Notes: a model not told the origin generated them from the sequence alone. Counted from the stretch's first letter, positions 61,901 through 64,000 are shown. The stretch: DNA of 64,000 nt from an uncultured Gammaproteobacteria bacterium (GCA_964349125.1 CAYGFH010000002.1:174484-238483); one strand, 5' to 3'. Numbers and translations: made by a program.

Positions 61901-64000
61901 CGAGTGCATACGGACTTGTGATGTCGACTTTTTGCTCAGATACTTTTCCGTTTGTCCCTGTGGTTGCCACATATCTGTCAGATCCTTTACAGTACGGTTT
62001 TCCTGCGAGCACGGTAATTGTTTGGGCACTCCCGCCGGTTGCCGATGGTATGGTAACACGTAAGGTTGGGATATCCGCTTTTAAGTCGGCGGGAAGATTG
62101 TTTAATAGTGTCTGTTTTGCCTGCTCAACGTTACCACACTCAGCCACGCGGGAAGTTTTAGAGCCTCCCTCGACTAATCTGCAGCGCTCTAATATTTCCA
62201 TATCTGTACCCGCAAGCGCTTCCATGGTGATCAACGCAGTACTTCGACTAGAAAACGCCAGACGATCAGATGCGCTCAATGTTGGTGAAATAATTAATTT
62301 AGCAAACGTCATGTCACCGCACCTAGCCTGATCAGCAGCGCTCTCGACAAGAATCTGACACGCGCTAACCACATCTGCAAACGAACCTTTGACTGCTGCA
62401 TTGCTTATATATGAATTGAAGCTGTCTCGAAATGCCTGTTTTTCCTCTGTTGTACCGTTGAACTGTAAGAGAAGCTGCTCACGAATTTTATTTGGGTCGC
62501 AAACTTTCGGATCTTTTCCTGCACAGAGTTCTGCGTTCGTTGCAAAATACTTATCTTCAAGTACCGTAAATCGTTCATATTTTTGTGTGATCTGTGTTAC
62601 GCAACTGTTGGTGCTTTGTATAACCGTGCCTCGTTCTCCTCCGCTACTCACTTCGCTGCACAAACCATCCAATTGTTTTAAGTTAGCGAGTAATTGATTT
62701 GGATTAGTTACATTTGCACATTGCGTGGCTCCAGGTTGCTGACATCGTTCCCACTCTGCTACAGCATGCGAGTATTCAACGTAATATGTATCTTGCAGAT
62801 ACTTTGCGAAATTTGCATCCAATCCTGACGTATCCATACCGTATGCTCCACCGGTTTGGATAAACGCCTGTTTCATGGCTACTTCATATCCTCCGCACCG
62901 CGCGGCAGCATTTGATTCACCATACTGGGCTTTGCAGCGCTCATAGAGTTCCTTCTGCTTATAGTAATCACCTACTGCGTCGATTGATGTACGTGATTCG
63001 ACAAATTGTGATCTGAGTATCAAAGAGGCTTCAGATCCACCGTACGCCTTAACCGCCTTCTGTGCACATACTGCCGCACTCGTATCCGTAAGCAGACATG
63101 CATCATAGTCAGATTGAATTGTACCGACTTTTTTTTGCTTTGCAGCATACGCAGCGGCAAGGATAGGATCTGTAATGACATAGAATGTATTTCCGGATTT
63201 TATGCATGTTCCTGCAGCCAATTCATTTTCAGTACAAGAACCAACAGACTTTCTCGCATAGTCCGGAATATTAGTAATATCGGGTACGCACATTACGTCT
63301 TTTTCAGGATTACACGTTACCCAGACAGGATTCCCGGCAGCATTGGCACTACAGACGTATCCACCCATGACGACAGTGCCCACTCCGAAACTGGTACCAT
63401 CTGAGCCGCTACAGGAACCCTTTGGAATACTTATCTCCTCACCGGCTTCCTTAGTATTAAGTCTTGCAGCTTCAAATTGTGCAACTTGCACTGAATTTTG
63501 CGTCTGGGAACCCACATACCAACTTGGTATATATTTATCGGTCAAATCGGCTTCTGTAATACCCACGTTTGCATTCGTCAAGTCTATATACGTACCGGTT
63601 CGCCCATCACATCCGTATAAATGATGTCCTTCTCCGATAACAACAGCGCCGGCTTCTATACCTCCACAACTCTGATTCCCTTTTTTCAGGTCTGTCAAAA
63701 TCGCAGGAGGGGCGGATGGTGCTACAGAGGTCGCACTCGCAGGTGGAGGTGTGGTTCCCGGTACTATCGCGGCTGTTGGATTCGCAGAAGGAACAGTACC
63801 ACTCACGCCAAACCTTCTGTTGCATTCATCAATGTTTCCGGGCACTCCCCTCGCACCATACATACACATGTTATATGCCAGTTGCTGCGCTGCCGTTAAT
63901 GTAGGTGCTACTGTTGGAACCGCAGTTGTTGGCTTCGGATTCTGGGCAATACATTTAGTAATCTCTGCCTGTACTCCGCCGGCTTTTTGTATACATTCTC
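31947..64000 (-). CDS. Giant multidomain protein, gene A. It is 5'-partial: the frame is open to the window edge, the first in-window Met is at 63869 and the stop is at 31947-31949. More than 10,680 codons are visible. Predicted to be a secreted or surface-anchored mosaic protein with embedded metallophosphatase-like, lipase/esterase-like and HExxH metalloprotease-like segments and an internal polytopic membrane domain.
   Basis: The six-frame track gives a single 10,640 aa minus-strand ORF, 31947..63869. I checked by hand that the same frame stays open from 63870 to 64000 (...PTTAVPTVAPTLTAAQQLAYN-MCMYGARG...), so the true start is upstream of the window. The C-terminal codons and the TAA at 31947-49 were verified codon by codon. 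The protein has a non-random composition with Cys-rich, coiled-coil, TM and motif-bearing segments. All long plus-strand ORFs in this span are antisense shadows. Confidence 0.9.
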   Translation of the reverse strand, partial: ECIQKAGGVQAEITKCIAQNPKPTTAVPTVAPTLTAAQQLAYNMCMYGARGVPGNIDECNRRFGVSGTVPSANPTAAIVPGTTPPPASATSVAPSAPPAILTDLKKGNQSCGGIEAGAVVIGEGHHLYGCDGRTGTYIDLTNANVGITEADLTDKYIPSWYVGSQTQNSVQVAQFEAARLNTKEAGEEISIPKGSCSGSDGTSFGVGTVVMGGYVCSANAAGNPVWVTCNPEKDVMCVPDITNIPDYARKSVGSCTENELAAGTCIKSGNTFYVITDPILAAAYAAKQKKVGTIQSDYDACLLTDTSAAVCAQKAVKAYGGSEASLILRSQFVESRTSIDAVGDYYKQKELYERCKAQYGESNAAARCGGYEVAMKQAFIQTGGAYGMDTSGLDANFAKYLQDTYYVEYSHAVAEWERCQQPGATQCANVTNPNQLLANLKQLDGLCSEVSSGGERGTVIQSTNSCVTQITQKYERFTVLEDKYFATNAELCAGKDPKVCDPNKIREQLLLQFNGTTEEKQAFRDSFNSYISNAAVKGSFADVVSACQILVESAADQARCGDMTFAKLIISPTLSASDRLAFSSRSTALITMEALAGTDMEILERCRLVEGGSKTSRVAECGNVEQAKQTLLNNLPADLKADIPTLRVTIPSATGGSAQTITVLAGKPYCKGSDRYVATTGTNGKVSEQKVDITSPYALVEGADGCPVIGAGSGQVEVKVGGIFGMWQSTAYNRCSEDGNSVETFNPTAGQRGDGAVVSTKQCNGACGGGACIDGAIIYDANTGARRFCTVDEKTCSGIDPYSGMQVNYVPVLVGKGKDAHFEAIIDPSTFKTEAERREFEKARDEAVRTYLSDPANGYHANYLKAFDAYKKDNPTGTFEDFQNEQIRAWEDVAPTYQNIKGEEGYQQAYEQFQRGELIATDVEKVIDDFSVGMKFWNVLNNFTSGAVKRGNDIQMNAVTQYQELHKDAWYADSQGMTNLVMTANAFNIPRAIYNSVAGNAEEKQIMAEFRQGSLIKGAPVAAVPVAVAAVALAPWAAAPLIAAGAGTTMTYLTVAGVGASVIGTTASLERTATACVPGQVASTDCRWASLNTAVQAASIPFSAIAGTYSLGQQAIQKTVQVSDAAINAAQGVELVNNAKNLANGAALATTAELTMSAGRGIQYSNIALSAAGGIISGREAINACFIGYDDGNGGRQKDAMSCAANSVAVAGSIFRIVSSGASLISSANNPASIARTALVTNQIADAGDAGGGALQAGIACFSGAARLDASACAQSISQATLATVGFGVGLKTPTSGGPRVQASEDGAAVQLDAASRSLQSMYDANGNRLPTVMAEQELAAMTQLRTAIRAQGYELALAKQALTNIADDVPSALKFKEAQSKYLLSQEALKALSPDAAAYAQALRDYQSATNDLLIYRSSVEAERALMQNPRNAAQRLLDGLSEGSRTIQQEYVAAQEKFMGVAKDYSVGTAEYDAALQQLSRARQKVESIGLTSRQLVIQEDIITRQDQIAALSRDRAQLLNEVLRIQDESGAKAQQAVIDAQNELQAAVSARNTLGDSSRAPVWDAAKGVWNVGTVEIDATVLNGFKAVQEGGQYVWKTVDAQGVVTGDAVLPDVVAQQQLALSQRRAVLDTRIATLQSEVLRATEIKLLADGIRSNDPDAKLKLQLKKEQLSVLSADVSLLNSKVQELTVARNTARGVQRIIAAVRERFIGRPDGTGAIRIGRTTQNELTQVNDAFVQKRTEQIVATDLAAGEVSARIKAKIGTNTGDVDAVQKAISDVYTEMSQKRGVTGESELYTLAFERAKKSLESAGYTDSKYINKAADSIARAAETQVNNTKNMVQFAYMESNFITISNKLDRLTGIDRELAGSPSQTKKRALLKEQATLIRETQGSVRSLIDPSDVAKMTTIAKIKEAHVALRIDASKQIVDAGGPNARDAASIVEQAAASRQKITDLQIERDTQLRKTTDGAQRDQIQKDFNAQIKTEMDTLGTTLTRAQELASNAPAGERVQALSQLRDVQSAIKKLGLLGDIQVTKSQLDAALAIKGKSRDSKLIASLTKRLADQMSAQEVVFPKGLDESAGLAFETIMGDTELRLGLLDGEYRSWKNNQIDTMMSLLGDNARAVELVTSGGKTVVLTAMLRVDVEVFGRERGIYVARKGQADAFLQQLRTLMPNGEESVVRLKSDDLRGDIADLQRIHDQLSSGKILLTEPEDLAFIRNMALETYGLDAKKGSLIGDIYRLATANVALGVDELQLAFDPSIQMINPASSARAVVPPEVVGAAKDVYDVLIADDVAIMKQGVPDQGVKKTIGGKPAIVKVIDANGVVVKDARFSKEAQTLIYTKLAQKKGIPTDVFMKIVDNAEVLNTASANPAQLAVEAQKLGIPQGDIAKVLDLVDATNRYASGLTMSYDTEFFRGFDAKGRLVTIPGNSGSMSEGQTYNSRMQAVMEAIGATAFGKTPPNFEGLEVAPDRAYKSGFHDVISDISGYANGAVRAVTGSIAEQAGVLQNSYQLGVTKSSATFDKIFNGADGNPPRLTADRSYRASGDGFIDIAAAIRSGKKLDSSGPNGLASNGSAKHVLAGDLNMSTIEYARRQQMSGKYPKDTPWVVQVGGSEYYDVKFNADGSIQAGYTDATGNLSQRIPDATGGSGKLAQRFASGEANLNVVISRGGATGDNIPTPENIPGITITTKDTAQGVVVQGASRLDRKEWIATQYLIVVDDTAGQFSTLSRAQMNDTQFAAFKQSIADAQTTLEKFNTAQANSLGLESAAKKPLEDIILRYRSSSDPAAQRIAEWASVKLLDLSSGASGRDVRTTSSARSTLEARNEQFAQMTKSFQALFDDPANKPYLDIIERSSPDLFKRLTINRDVMNGNTGTNPLSYLAEGVQIDSKDPPLLARDLGEYQRAHNATVKASSEAQQLAGSGKPDIKPVVQKQATPVAKSGFRTFMEARAPFVANLIWRPRPVVLPALQRIDSDMEISSSLSRGSISAFESAQVQAGYITAAMAVAEKIRTGQQITDEERNTFMAGRAAALSLQISAERNRDALAQTAGTQVATVKGIDMVGKIFETGDRISNIPVADDGRMILVGPRGGVTEISVSAMTLGDFDTYATFYIKPGTRKPTLKGSRAAKIRALQRSANTVEIKPSSTIQRSNVSSAATAFGDIAIAQETVDRAEAQVIAFDQIFDQDIRGRVRQVFTGSSQSTTALENATVAYIDAIQQAAQRNSNPNITPEVLETLVNPSAKASFDKEVHALFTATRLSTVRAMGEDGLRAQLLGDALGSAVSVAQIAAARVSSVPMADISGIVGISVPTTSVRDMLMNYVLLPSPWNPKWSAAERTRQWRALIVRQFATGGVGFIVDVVHYLIDARQHNTGYSRIGGMLADAARVRRELQGIGGTTIVPPLGAPATVIPPVAGVPIDTTLSDAAVRAAAIAQGIAAAGITGTKTPQQRSDILTGLIAAQIEALPEQDALATAWEAVVDAQSANAGNVSLQKAAKRSLRQGDVIPVVDVVSGKGNVIALTLDRDVWYTIGTDTTRRRIPTNGGVLNFDDTIVFYAEKSGRKKPLGILGGKLLARVSDADSGAHIRRSVYAPSVIEANDAYQKLVASNSTLQTTINLTTLYTAYIEVIKESLQTEFTRLGLTGSLLTDDDELVAIFQARVMAKARDDVPIDEDANIRAYMEAKFAGKETLLASLPKLQSDATVIDYTAWLDSLTQPVLNSVKVTTPPVSAPPISAPPVVAPVVDPAIAAEKAKKNTDALAILRTAYAELIASQRAAILAEVAKLKDTPLRPDEAAEQVEVIVRSGIFKSGFSNTAYTTTILAKLTAAGLTQAEAKAAYDEFVTKVVDPNFATITTAIMAGLTSTKTVTQKTVKVTETQAETLRYMYADYHSDVTKLQQMLEADNLITVKSDGSWEWVGGNSAKVIFLGDYMDRGVDKDGNIQAFLENDPARKKDKYYPGLEILNRLTALKSQAEAAGSEFTMLGGNHEVEFLWAMFEPDNSPRWDLFQRNGVSRREVAIAKKHLGLIRGWLENLSWISLRSDKSVMQHTDTAIYAKFIFSDDIAAVQDYDELDINDINRIAARVKAEKLTPEDVVRRINAGIRAQIRLASVPQLRTLFRSLTHHGQFSSSRAISDAYRGIFTAPVLYHGHNILKDPVYHNGTVVGLDVGLSAAYRDANSRFIGTTRIAGRTTIDSKPVDVTTYTYAYDANVLQSVDTKVPTNYVFGIFSSSPVAPASTKSTVTGAVAKAGSWLGSIINAVVRPQLYDGTTKKFQWGQIAISAGRTAVFIITKTFGLGVPWLAYDVYNTSVHLSDNPTFKTTHAWIGDNILFPNFWAKGLTPPARFWKTVSWVGTRFVGGLFVPQLIIPTLIHDGARFVADVFAGTAESIQALFAQTMDWSDSFTGFQKTLAKITIWGGWTIGAFATIAGLSLTLNAISIAFAVAPVISTAVSTGTAVSTTVWARGFTLLTSLFIFSNIISMINVIPKPADSAPDRNKNLYGIHAYILSPNPLGNNETPTWGVIKTVSLVTRWSLSGFNPILIGTDVLNMVINNRFRNRTPAAVQHTTPGTTGGAGVTTTLSDSTYEVKDTFWSKVTSLLGSYGVSWPRANGIEWLAQLVPAGIRGSYWWTAFTFTKGAVSLHAGLPFWLLQESRHFLEKIPKDSPWRFLLDTNELLFPTQWNDPTVHPVINVLKWPVWGVTRFFVAFGAQQWWLPIMDVMRWVDRYMNTGAAAPAVYTTGANVPWREAVGKIIPGFAPAPASFDDLPQWKQNLWKVTDSWFSKLLFSTPRNKTGWFLGSRGLPLIMVPKVSLGLILFDLFRSSVTPGGYFEYWSSDPYNQKGTLSNLAATAELDALVAKPTTLEAINFANKAIDKKELDALTDAPTKKRAQVMFDLKTAWIKYIADAKNVGKLLSMIEEGILKKTPDKATLDIVNLLMTVPGSTNPDRTNTVFDKDQKMIYALQFTEGIIAQLSVLNEASDRAVAAGTVNQGQSIADTKAALLSAIADQPKATDVTRQLFLVWLDRKAAELSKLPAKAVTPAAIVGGNYATPTGRKLLMDKAQVIVNQNKLPGDLTAQDAFTLYQGLLASDMAIAAADAASLPSTSTRFTSVLNDDIRIKIQRGFGDLSSTEVNKQQLKDIAANIFETEMNYVKNGTLSSAEDTININLIAFIIDPANKLLAPARYQKMNGATPLQLRNIQYGDFVQIPVTEIPGPAAANTAKDAARTAFAEYVAEYRGDFIEDVLSTKRSVPTIVRDRRAEYEATDEFAALLAVDPTAKVDTFLTAELNSIVQDVGALSSAWTSAEQNKIIAYGVSLLESGRKLIFGSLTTQIRNAVAKGSVSDDVYEAWVDKVAISMETKARDQYDTKVAKPKASPPKASKTDKVNEVYEDFLAVRNNLTALEGLSDSQKLLNKEWATADLRKLADELESLGLAKTSATTYTGLASYIRKLDKAQFSSAMTADSATKPFAKAVKNFLQWTDEKAKDGYHLTVFTTIKEEIVSQMNRTRPKPVTIQEKLDALNKIDKKKVRDVFKSQLQEFRPELTSISATDMNEAIDASIALQRYSVATVDLASLMELTKIGSNVIWPIITQIGGNVRGIQDYTSSLILPAFFRAIGRSQTVDRAEQIRKVVMTGLSPLTDMIGRAEDIVKLTNSINGKIKRLQAGIIADDVDENGFLNKSGVEASILVQYKRLTDGNQKGIFSKIQALVANGIIAPDAYAADVKAIGIALSDLGFDVPSDPAQIIKFIESLNVRLVSSVVSAGADVDKLTAAVDALDNKTKISADGIDSIMGATMYAKLLESLKQSFSAQSGPADVLNGIQSVQVDELMAAGKAAYGEYMGGSLPKNKEAALRASAEQILAMSTYLLPMGQLTDYLGMDIPKYNEETLGQILTGDAKRTAQTKFIQQSLKFYEKAIKKAQGNLSALEHIRYALEGAVLPIARLARGVSQVRAVIADVNAQIDSLMPSAKVLKDPFPALLSSAKWNAREKKYINHVKQAIEMMKSGKYEEVISQLSKSNAEEIAEGVGMLVDEGKNTLDPENGLRFENSSQHLKGTLMLGNTDISKLTMDQLRNVALMHIEQWSYGIQDLQAEKLKDHAVDIGIISGRAKNQTTFDYRTDVALFMQEAGIRLTPAFIGRYGRDAFVNKTGESVLQTYADPSIRSVFTLGKGNQADIIVSGDTDIAAVSVNIVRKADGNWYVKNVSTESQIDINLVVKAYNSETLLNDRDVLTIGGTSFIVSKGSSGMQLIDEKSGKEVAFFGSAGSIRSYSQDTATKILTDGATTKLNKNDVRSTIASLGSSANVSNIILDGNDQTIDARHLEIFVNDGVWYVRDVSTNGILVDGKKIKTKAKVTTLYNKSIITLTNGVSIVAQLSRNRQELTLQRADTQSGLRKILSEEVRKVREENNNQAGSISIDDAKKMLSGVVKKDKLTRLDRTYRYVIGRLDMGEHVLPVFDIGMRTRIDSLITRTSDYKGKGIKKIDQLSEGEIYLLLGHTLAAIDTLTEFAGKKSLLNNTDALVDSLGDAVESLTGKSRSSLFEKPPSTAVTLKEREKYLKGVVINPVSNELAKKLYSDGFTGLHRHADDDVSELFINYTEIAKMSQEKQIAALIHVFLHERLHIPQKGTSSQRYPGNNPTYKEILDEAMVYIAIAQQKGKKLTIFQTGTQRPKISDVERYLNDAVIDIASVYQRGTIQLIQQVIRLAASSKLGEQEVWSLFFDAALSGDITPFERAYNATFGDGKFGSKFSSNFSDASYYTTNAYKNAGDEADLEDSTIPGNQAEAIPVSSGLLANKKILVVDPASVHGSGIVQSLQFDGANASTTLAIADRDLAYLQTLDAIVVANSLPEAQIARIKANAGNVPVIEFTPEYEGNMEGFGQKVAQAITPDSALLLNQNQSTLAKSDIEAALKEGFQGGTPWIFPATFIPDLEKIPVEQIPDKIALIRESFFTLKRRLQDARDIVTATNIGVGEKQQMIFSAIGYDVLLESGINPDALFTAIGTAVKSGSYDRASFVNFLVLGYEGNGDTQGAALQAVLNTIDAVLAPMEKTLSSIETRAETIRQKKNENLRQGDAIRLPTQSVSAPSQNAPIAPSAPLVSTSQQRDLAEKWLGTELVSSLRTLFPSTTGDSTVQSILNSLASRIHHTLNDPSEQVLEESDVSAHFPWYQSGRLFTFMREAKNSREALQSLLFNEVALDGLIRDGGQTVVGSLLIKNIDQIVAAMPKNSMLRDTVLRMIAHRIESELARTTRSSSTYQIVVRQSPASVEFVILSDNASDTQIPTDVSAALRKYLGGTFFRNGLQVPAIIDGRRVNRELQFAIKNKREFETSQTSPLVRSNTSLIGRVSDFYTTFPPDIQAAILPLIEMASGTNPKVDVDAVRKKIVDRISQLTVNSSMEQGLPKVRVFHTGADAISYVRRKANNNFVTAVRIGVEDTSQNGKSDESQRAAFKTIIEYLRTLVPDIDVTAVYDAEASAWYLLVPDSTYSNIALSLSKLPEHMREKYIGRTGLATVTVTAEPIVLDQSEQQPGATSHEDMEVGYQRAFDSLDEPALDAQVMDIIRRFVDFANDPQGHEPTSDESKAVYELLNPSSQRGRIVLERLGLTERNMTNLAEYWNADVESKFTKKDFFGVKKGLVGRALLDYRKRRLGEEQLKADAQIEGAAKRIEAAKKTMTVSMQIAPGAYYVQESAFIDPRAGIFQFETISSDVEDPSAEYSADLLTIRLPTETLLELQRLQQNDHPEFLNRITVMLANKNKKVRIFIHGFHASKEVFRLFSKFAIPESTLENPVFADAKSLRGAEQTARKKSWVVETTQDGKPVLDSDGNYKRITGLQAWWYNVTDVGKLAYWALNKAKPPILRGSRRYVVQDVIRQIKIGNAALGIDSEQIELMLGHSYGAYTVEMFGIETYKDERYKNVRFVGDASVVNNNPNHLSLLYPDTKLKGNALRADKFLKWATRVFNNPVFPASWRRFFMSIGSLPVLRYEGKWTSLLGRIYDNLDVYSDGFHIVTSRSVHTATERKNPEMAGKDLVMLASLEDLFKYKTQMRELVNQGRLQLVVPDSEEKTAKSIDHILNSFFTFVLAWDMKNIEPPLPNRSSFMTRRTSGHYPPPEDWNVIIDAMNKVGVQPTLNSEVGVARSQSQAVSPLQANDSIAVKLMKMSATVGQIVSDVSTVINDRRIYDKKTGQLREKANLMDQFLMFLYPTYRTIRNIGKSPAFIQAKFALQSVALSDPDTAVIDHSIKGYYRQHIYDPDNYPIERNGNVLSSKTEEALLRWLTQQEVLERSIVQQSVDKVVAFAKAARVPSDSTVLQRTVAVLDDVSFDRELRAFARRKLRLDGVVNPTDSQITEYTQTIPGFYDHDFDMVVLRASAAVLAKSDEKIQAFLDDLVAHEFGHSMTTRYEPWLTREANEALSITFMIARRAYELQEAGKTPDTDGTYWKQAREQVLNDFVSPEYKSHFIAFEDSVIGTLFKLDTSTNNRIAQIMEFFNLTKDINPQAVETNKTDISVGLQLRTKFTEILEKMSITKATYTVDGKAVEVALDHDVVTDTFTKSFNGFRFTQDAPDEVVRFTSVANQIATPSDGLPDPSVINGGYVYMGVSGDAMWLRLPKEFTQSVYIGSELLRNEVAYQIRPGDVLTFERAPHDAAAHQYIVTVSHDASSEIGFEPVGRVQPVEYPKKQVPTSGEWTEALNVEAENYYRMRGKLALAAEGDSVMLKGMPKAGGDAIERRLSLYTSHTDFKAILAAFDTTQSLEIIVGDQQVGTISTSPADLYTANIEPGMYTTNRTSSHISPMSAPTVVKDESASSGQTTRISSKRLVSSYERARDYEISKIFLRVLGLSESSNKRLYDAAARTLVESKSLQEIFIFFKRSLLDHDEMVELPNIELSQNTDVSIIKKLEQEYTVRSQQRIWGQDAISMLSGLGGKLIGTVYLRELDGLAVSGNSPESQLVLRARAYVMQKVLKENKGALTNFEVVRVSANRYAIVSFDESFTYPELEKLFNKTEYKNLDAVLPGKSGIAISPVQPIITEPDEFLTALFAPEQYERGLLTKDGAVQIPANNPLYKNLVTHYGSLDTLLRGVIEEDALPAAGPEFIDRIRSLLVHLVVEDAVVETSLEIEKENQKFADDPSYSYTVYPDASDALEDAVRTFEKVSVIRIDDPSLGLAYTHESKKVADEMLKDMLRKINDVATRKLLFKNIIIYHPPGTSEFYLFAQSTFPFNKNEVSTHLQSVFGNSAKAYTPSGSERSYLRIPVVAMQPIPTEDGRPLLETFLDVKATLDDEIGLRTRQQIRKALTNNFQEVEPWKWSWFRELLRDTPSLVKQFNPNTESPQEYTDVFMRAILTSESSEDKALDMVLGDKENDNWSIAYQIDNHHKGSVTKLERFLMPVLERLFGKSKYKLNANRIDDTEMNGFEAEMNAATPPLIGRTADRVITEFVAQDDVNIEPSRALSALVTLGFSQDMYLHEFPQQWILNMDFTQKGHPPVSKKTEQNVVVGVYAKSTKSWKTVNIPYSMLTKLFESFDAATPESLVSIQSQLDAYIRAELSSAVASTKAPKHISFAYWDDPSTQGEAQRDWVARTGAPIVVGKDAKGWPMVANDHIIAHGYYANRMMRDLKSALGVVGDISTLRNRPYIQDDTRYKNTIFIDEVPGGAIDFYAATIAMAAASRIGGRTAVSTMVGVPGLDKDNKLTLTKNGQVVPVAISALRQVSRQELQNLITEGRAGKSLLQRIYTAYRGKIPSWMEWFFTNIVMASPFINGTQGILRGPLLTNISDKYDGVPHGLTTINQTGDYAFNMAIMTDTTNGTAFITSNGFGNPEIAARTREAFAKYYNLVKNGESFEWPTPIPWYQRAGEWILWQLERLASVYTGPYVHDRPWPALFAIPKTAHTLITVDPIAETETISDLKALPLYVVNRMDASGKINIVIQKTGTETQPVAINGQIVNSAVTLFPGDTISFGDSDQYRVRVDSSSGIVFEHTKTGAQIRPRGIVSGIPSDGDYLNQPTRTAYLSVSNTTQTNLKRVISRYHPEIPYQLLMIQREVPRDSTAIPLVALAAGKDFDIVSGEAPFIVSYQGVPIGRMTRYGNKIELIFEGSSALQSANLDASSMQAEAENEAISSDPSTYPVSGALLPKSEKTQVVSLDKIPGVTISITDETLLLSDPENSISLVMTIPNADKIRENGIIPESILEYVVENYYFHLLTESRKSDAGGTPLIAQRIIELQYRIDTAADPDIRGMLDDIKIIATYPDPLASSPTVITIEIGYQPGETGLLRVDRQGVQRVQPPVSEKGEPAEAVRVRKVQMSNAWFAIASPSLSSRLADELKKIFATVAGVEDPQEAVTRALLYAPSQAQDIALAMLRPSGTNSIVPGGATNMTFVNETLDSTPANPAERERRIDNFVNRALLHIRSFEKRTGAQAVKYWYSMNEVGEYVFATDNTDASIKQLLRDAIVKINDTIGKKPTIHIGLDVAGSNEYPVLISLEQEKDPVVRKNILPTIKITFKHLSTTTLKSSATVDSCTTPRVSFRLLSTVFAQSNTGCIYLYSGKPYYSPDGNKLGEMPSSGIFFEKGSILPHFFNGSDKIIFGNTATITVWSLRGRQDIKGSDIMPIIEEIQPVSEGAQSGTVMTAMQDFWGGIVKSANAFITILRNGVKALVANGLMGIYRAFKDTPNYCAV
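38794..38808 (-). other. Gene A HExxH site 2 (DDLVAHEFGHSMTTRYEPW), a zincin-like metalloprotease motif
   Basis: The plus strand gtgaccaaattcatg reverse-complements to H-E-F-G-H. It is flanked by AH...GH and a downstream EPW, typical of minimal zincins. Confidence 0.45.
40280..40720 (-). other. Gene A alpha/beta-hydrolase (lipase/esterase, PGAP1/DUF676-like) segment: IFIHGF oxyanion motif, then GHSYG nucleophile elbow
   Basis: GHSYG is encoded at about 40286-40303 (plus strand gtaggcaccgtaagaatggcc). KVRIFIHGFHAS lies about 140 aa upstream in the same ORF. The order and the G-H-S-x-G pentapeptide match serine hydrolases. Confidence 0.45.
42781..42790 (-). repeat. Homopolymer T10 (A10 on the coding strand) inside gene A, encoding QKKNEN
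   Basis: The plus strand has tttttttttt at 42781-42790. The reverse complement is cgt caa aaa aaa aat gaa, which matches the ORF-track protein ETIRQKKNENLRQ. Confidence 0.8.
44115..44129 (-). other. Gene A HExxH site 1 (IHVFLHERLHIPQ)
   Basis: The plus strand atggagcctctcatg reverse-complements to H-E-R-L-H. The context AALIHVFLHERLH was confirmed by reverse-complement. Confidence 0.3.
49527..51290 (-). other. Gene A internal polytopic, Trp-rich membrane domain (about 590 aa, at least 6 predicted TM helices)
   Basis: Several uncharged 20-45 residue hydrophobic helices were read directly. One is ITIWGGWTIGAFATIAGLSLTLNAISIAFAVAPVISTAVSTGTAV at about 50590-50760. Others include GFTLLTSLFIFSNIISMINVI, RFVGGLFVPQLIIPTLI, FFVAFGAQQWWLPIM and LPLIMVPKVSLGLILFDLF. 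Trp-dense loops lie between them (GSYWWTAFTF, VLKWPVWGVT). Boundaries are at GAVAKAGSWLG (about 51290) and LILFDLF (about 49527). The 399 aa plus-strand ORF 49570..50769 is its antisense shadow. Confidence 0.6.
52023..52205 (-). other. Gene A calcineurin-like / PPP metallophosphoesterase motifs II and III (GDYMDRG ... GNHE)
   Basis: GNHE is encoded at 52023-52034 (plus strand ttcatggttgcc). FLGDYMDRG is encoded at about 52185-52211. The two lie about 50 aa apart in the order expected for PF00149-type phosphoesterases. A canonical motif I (GDxHG) was not found upstream; SDGSWEW occupies its place. Confidence 0.5.
52740..52830 (-). other. Gene A Pro-rich interdomain linker (VTTPPVSAPPISAPPVVAPVVDP)
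   Basis: Located by reverse-complement of plus 52740-52830. It lies just C-terminal to the phosphatase-like block. Confidence 0.6.
57450..60050 (-). other. Gene A extended alpha-helical / coiled-coil stalk (about 850 aa)
   Basis: The protein between QELAAMTQLRTAIRAQ... and ...LTKRLADQMSAQE is dominated by Q/E/A/L/R/K heptad-like sequence with few Pro or Gly. An example is LQSEVLRATEIKLLADGIRSNDPDAKLKLQLKKEQLSVLSADVSLLNSKVQELTVARN. Confidence 0.5.
60800..60950 (-). other. Gene A Ala-rich hydrophobic segment (AAVPVAVAAVALAPWAAAPLIAAGAGTTMTYLTVAGVGASVIG), a putative membrane anchor
   Basis: A run of about 45 apolar residues follows the Cys-rich region immediately. It was located by reverse-complement at about 60800-60950. 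Confidence 0.45.
61000..64000 (-). other. Gene A N-terminal Cys-rich (about 5 percent Cys) presumably extracellular region with a Pro/Ala/Ser/Thr-rich linker
   Basis: The ORF-track protein has about 40 Cys in the first about 750 in-window residues (CSGSDG, VTCNPEKDVMC, TKQCNGACGGGAC, among others). A low-complexity TTPPPASATSVAPSAPP linker lies near 63700-63780. Confidence 0.5.
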
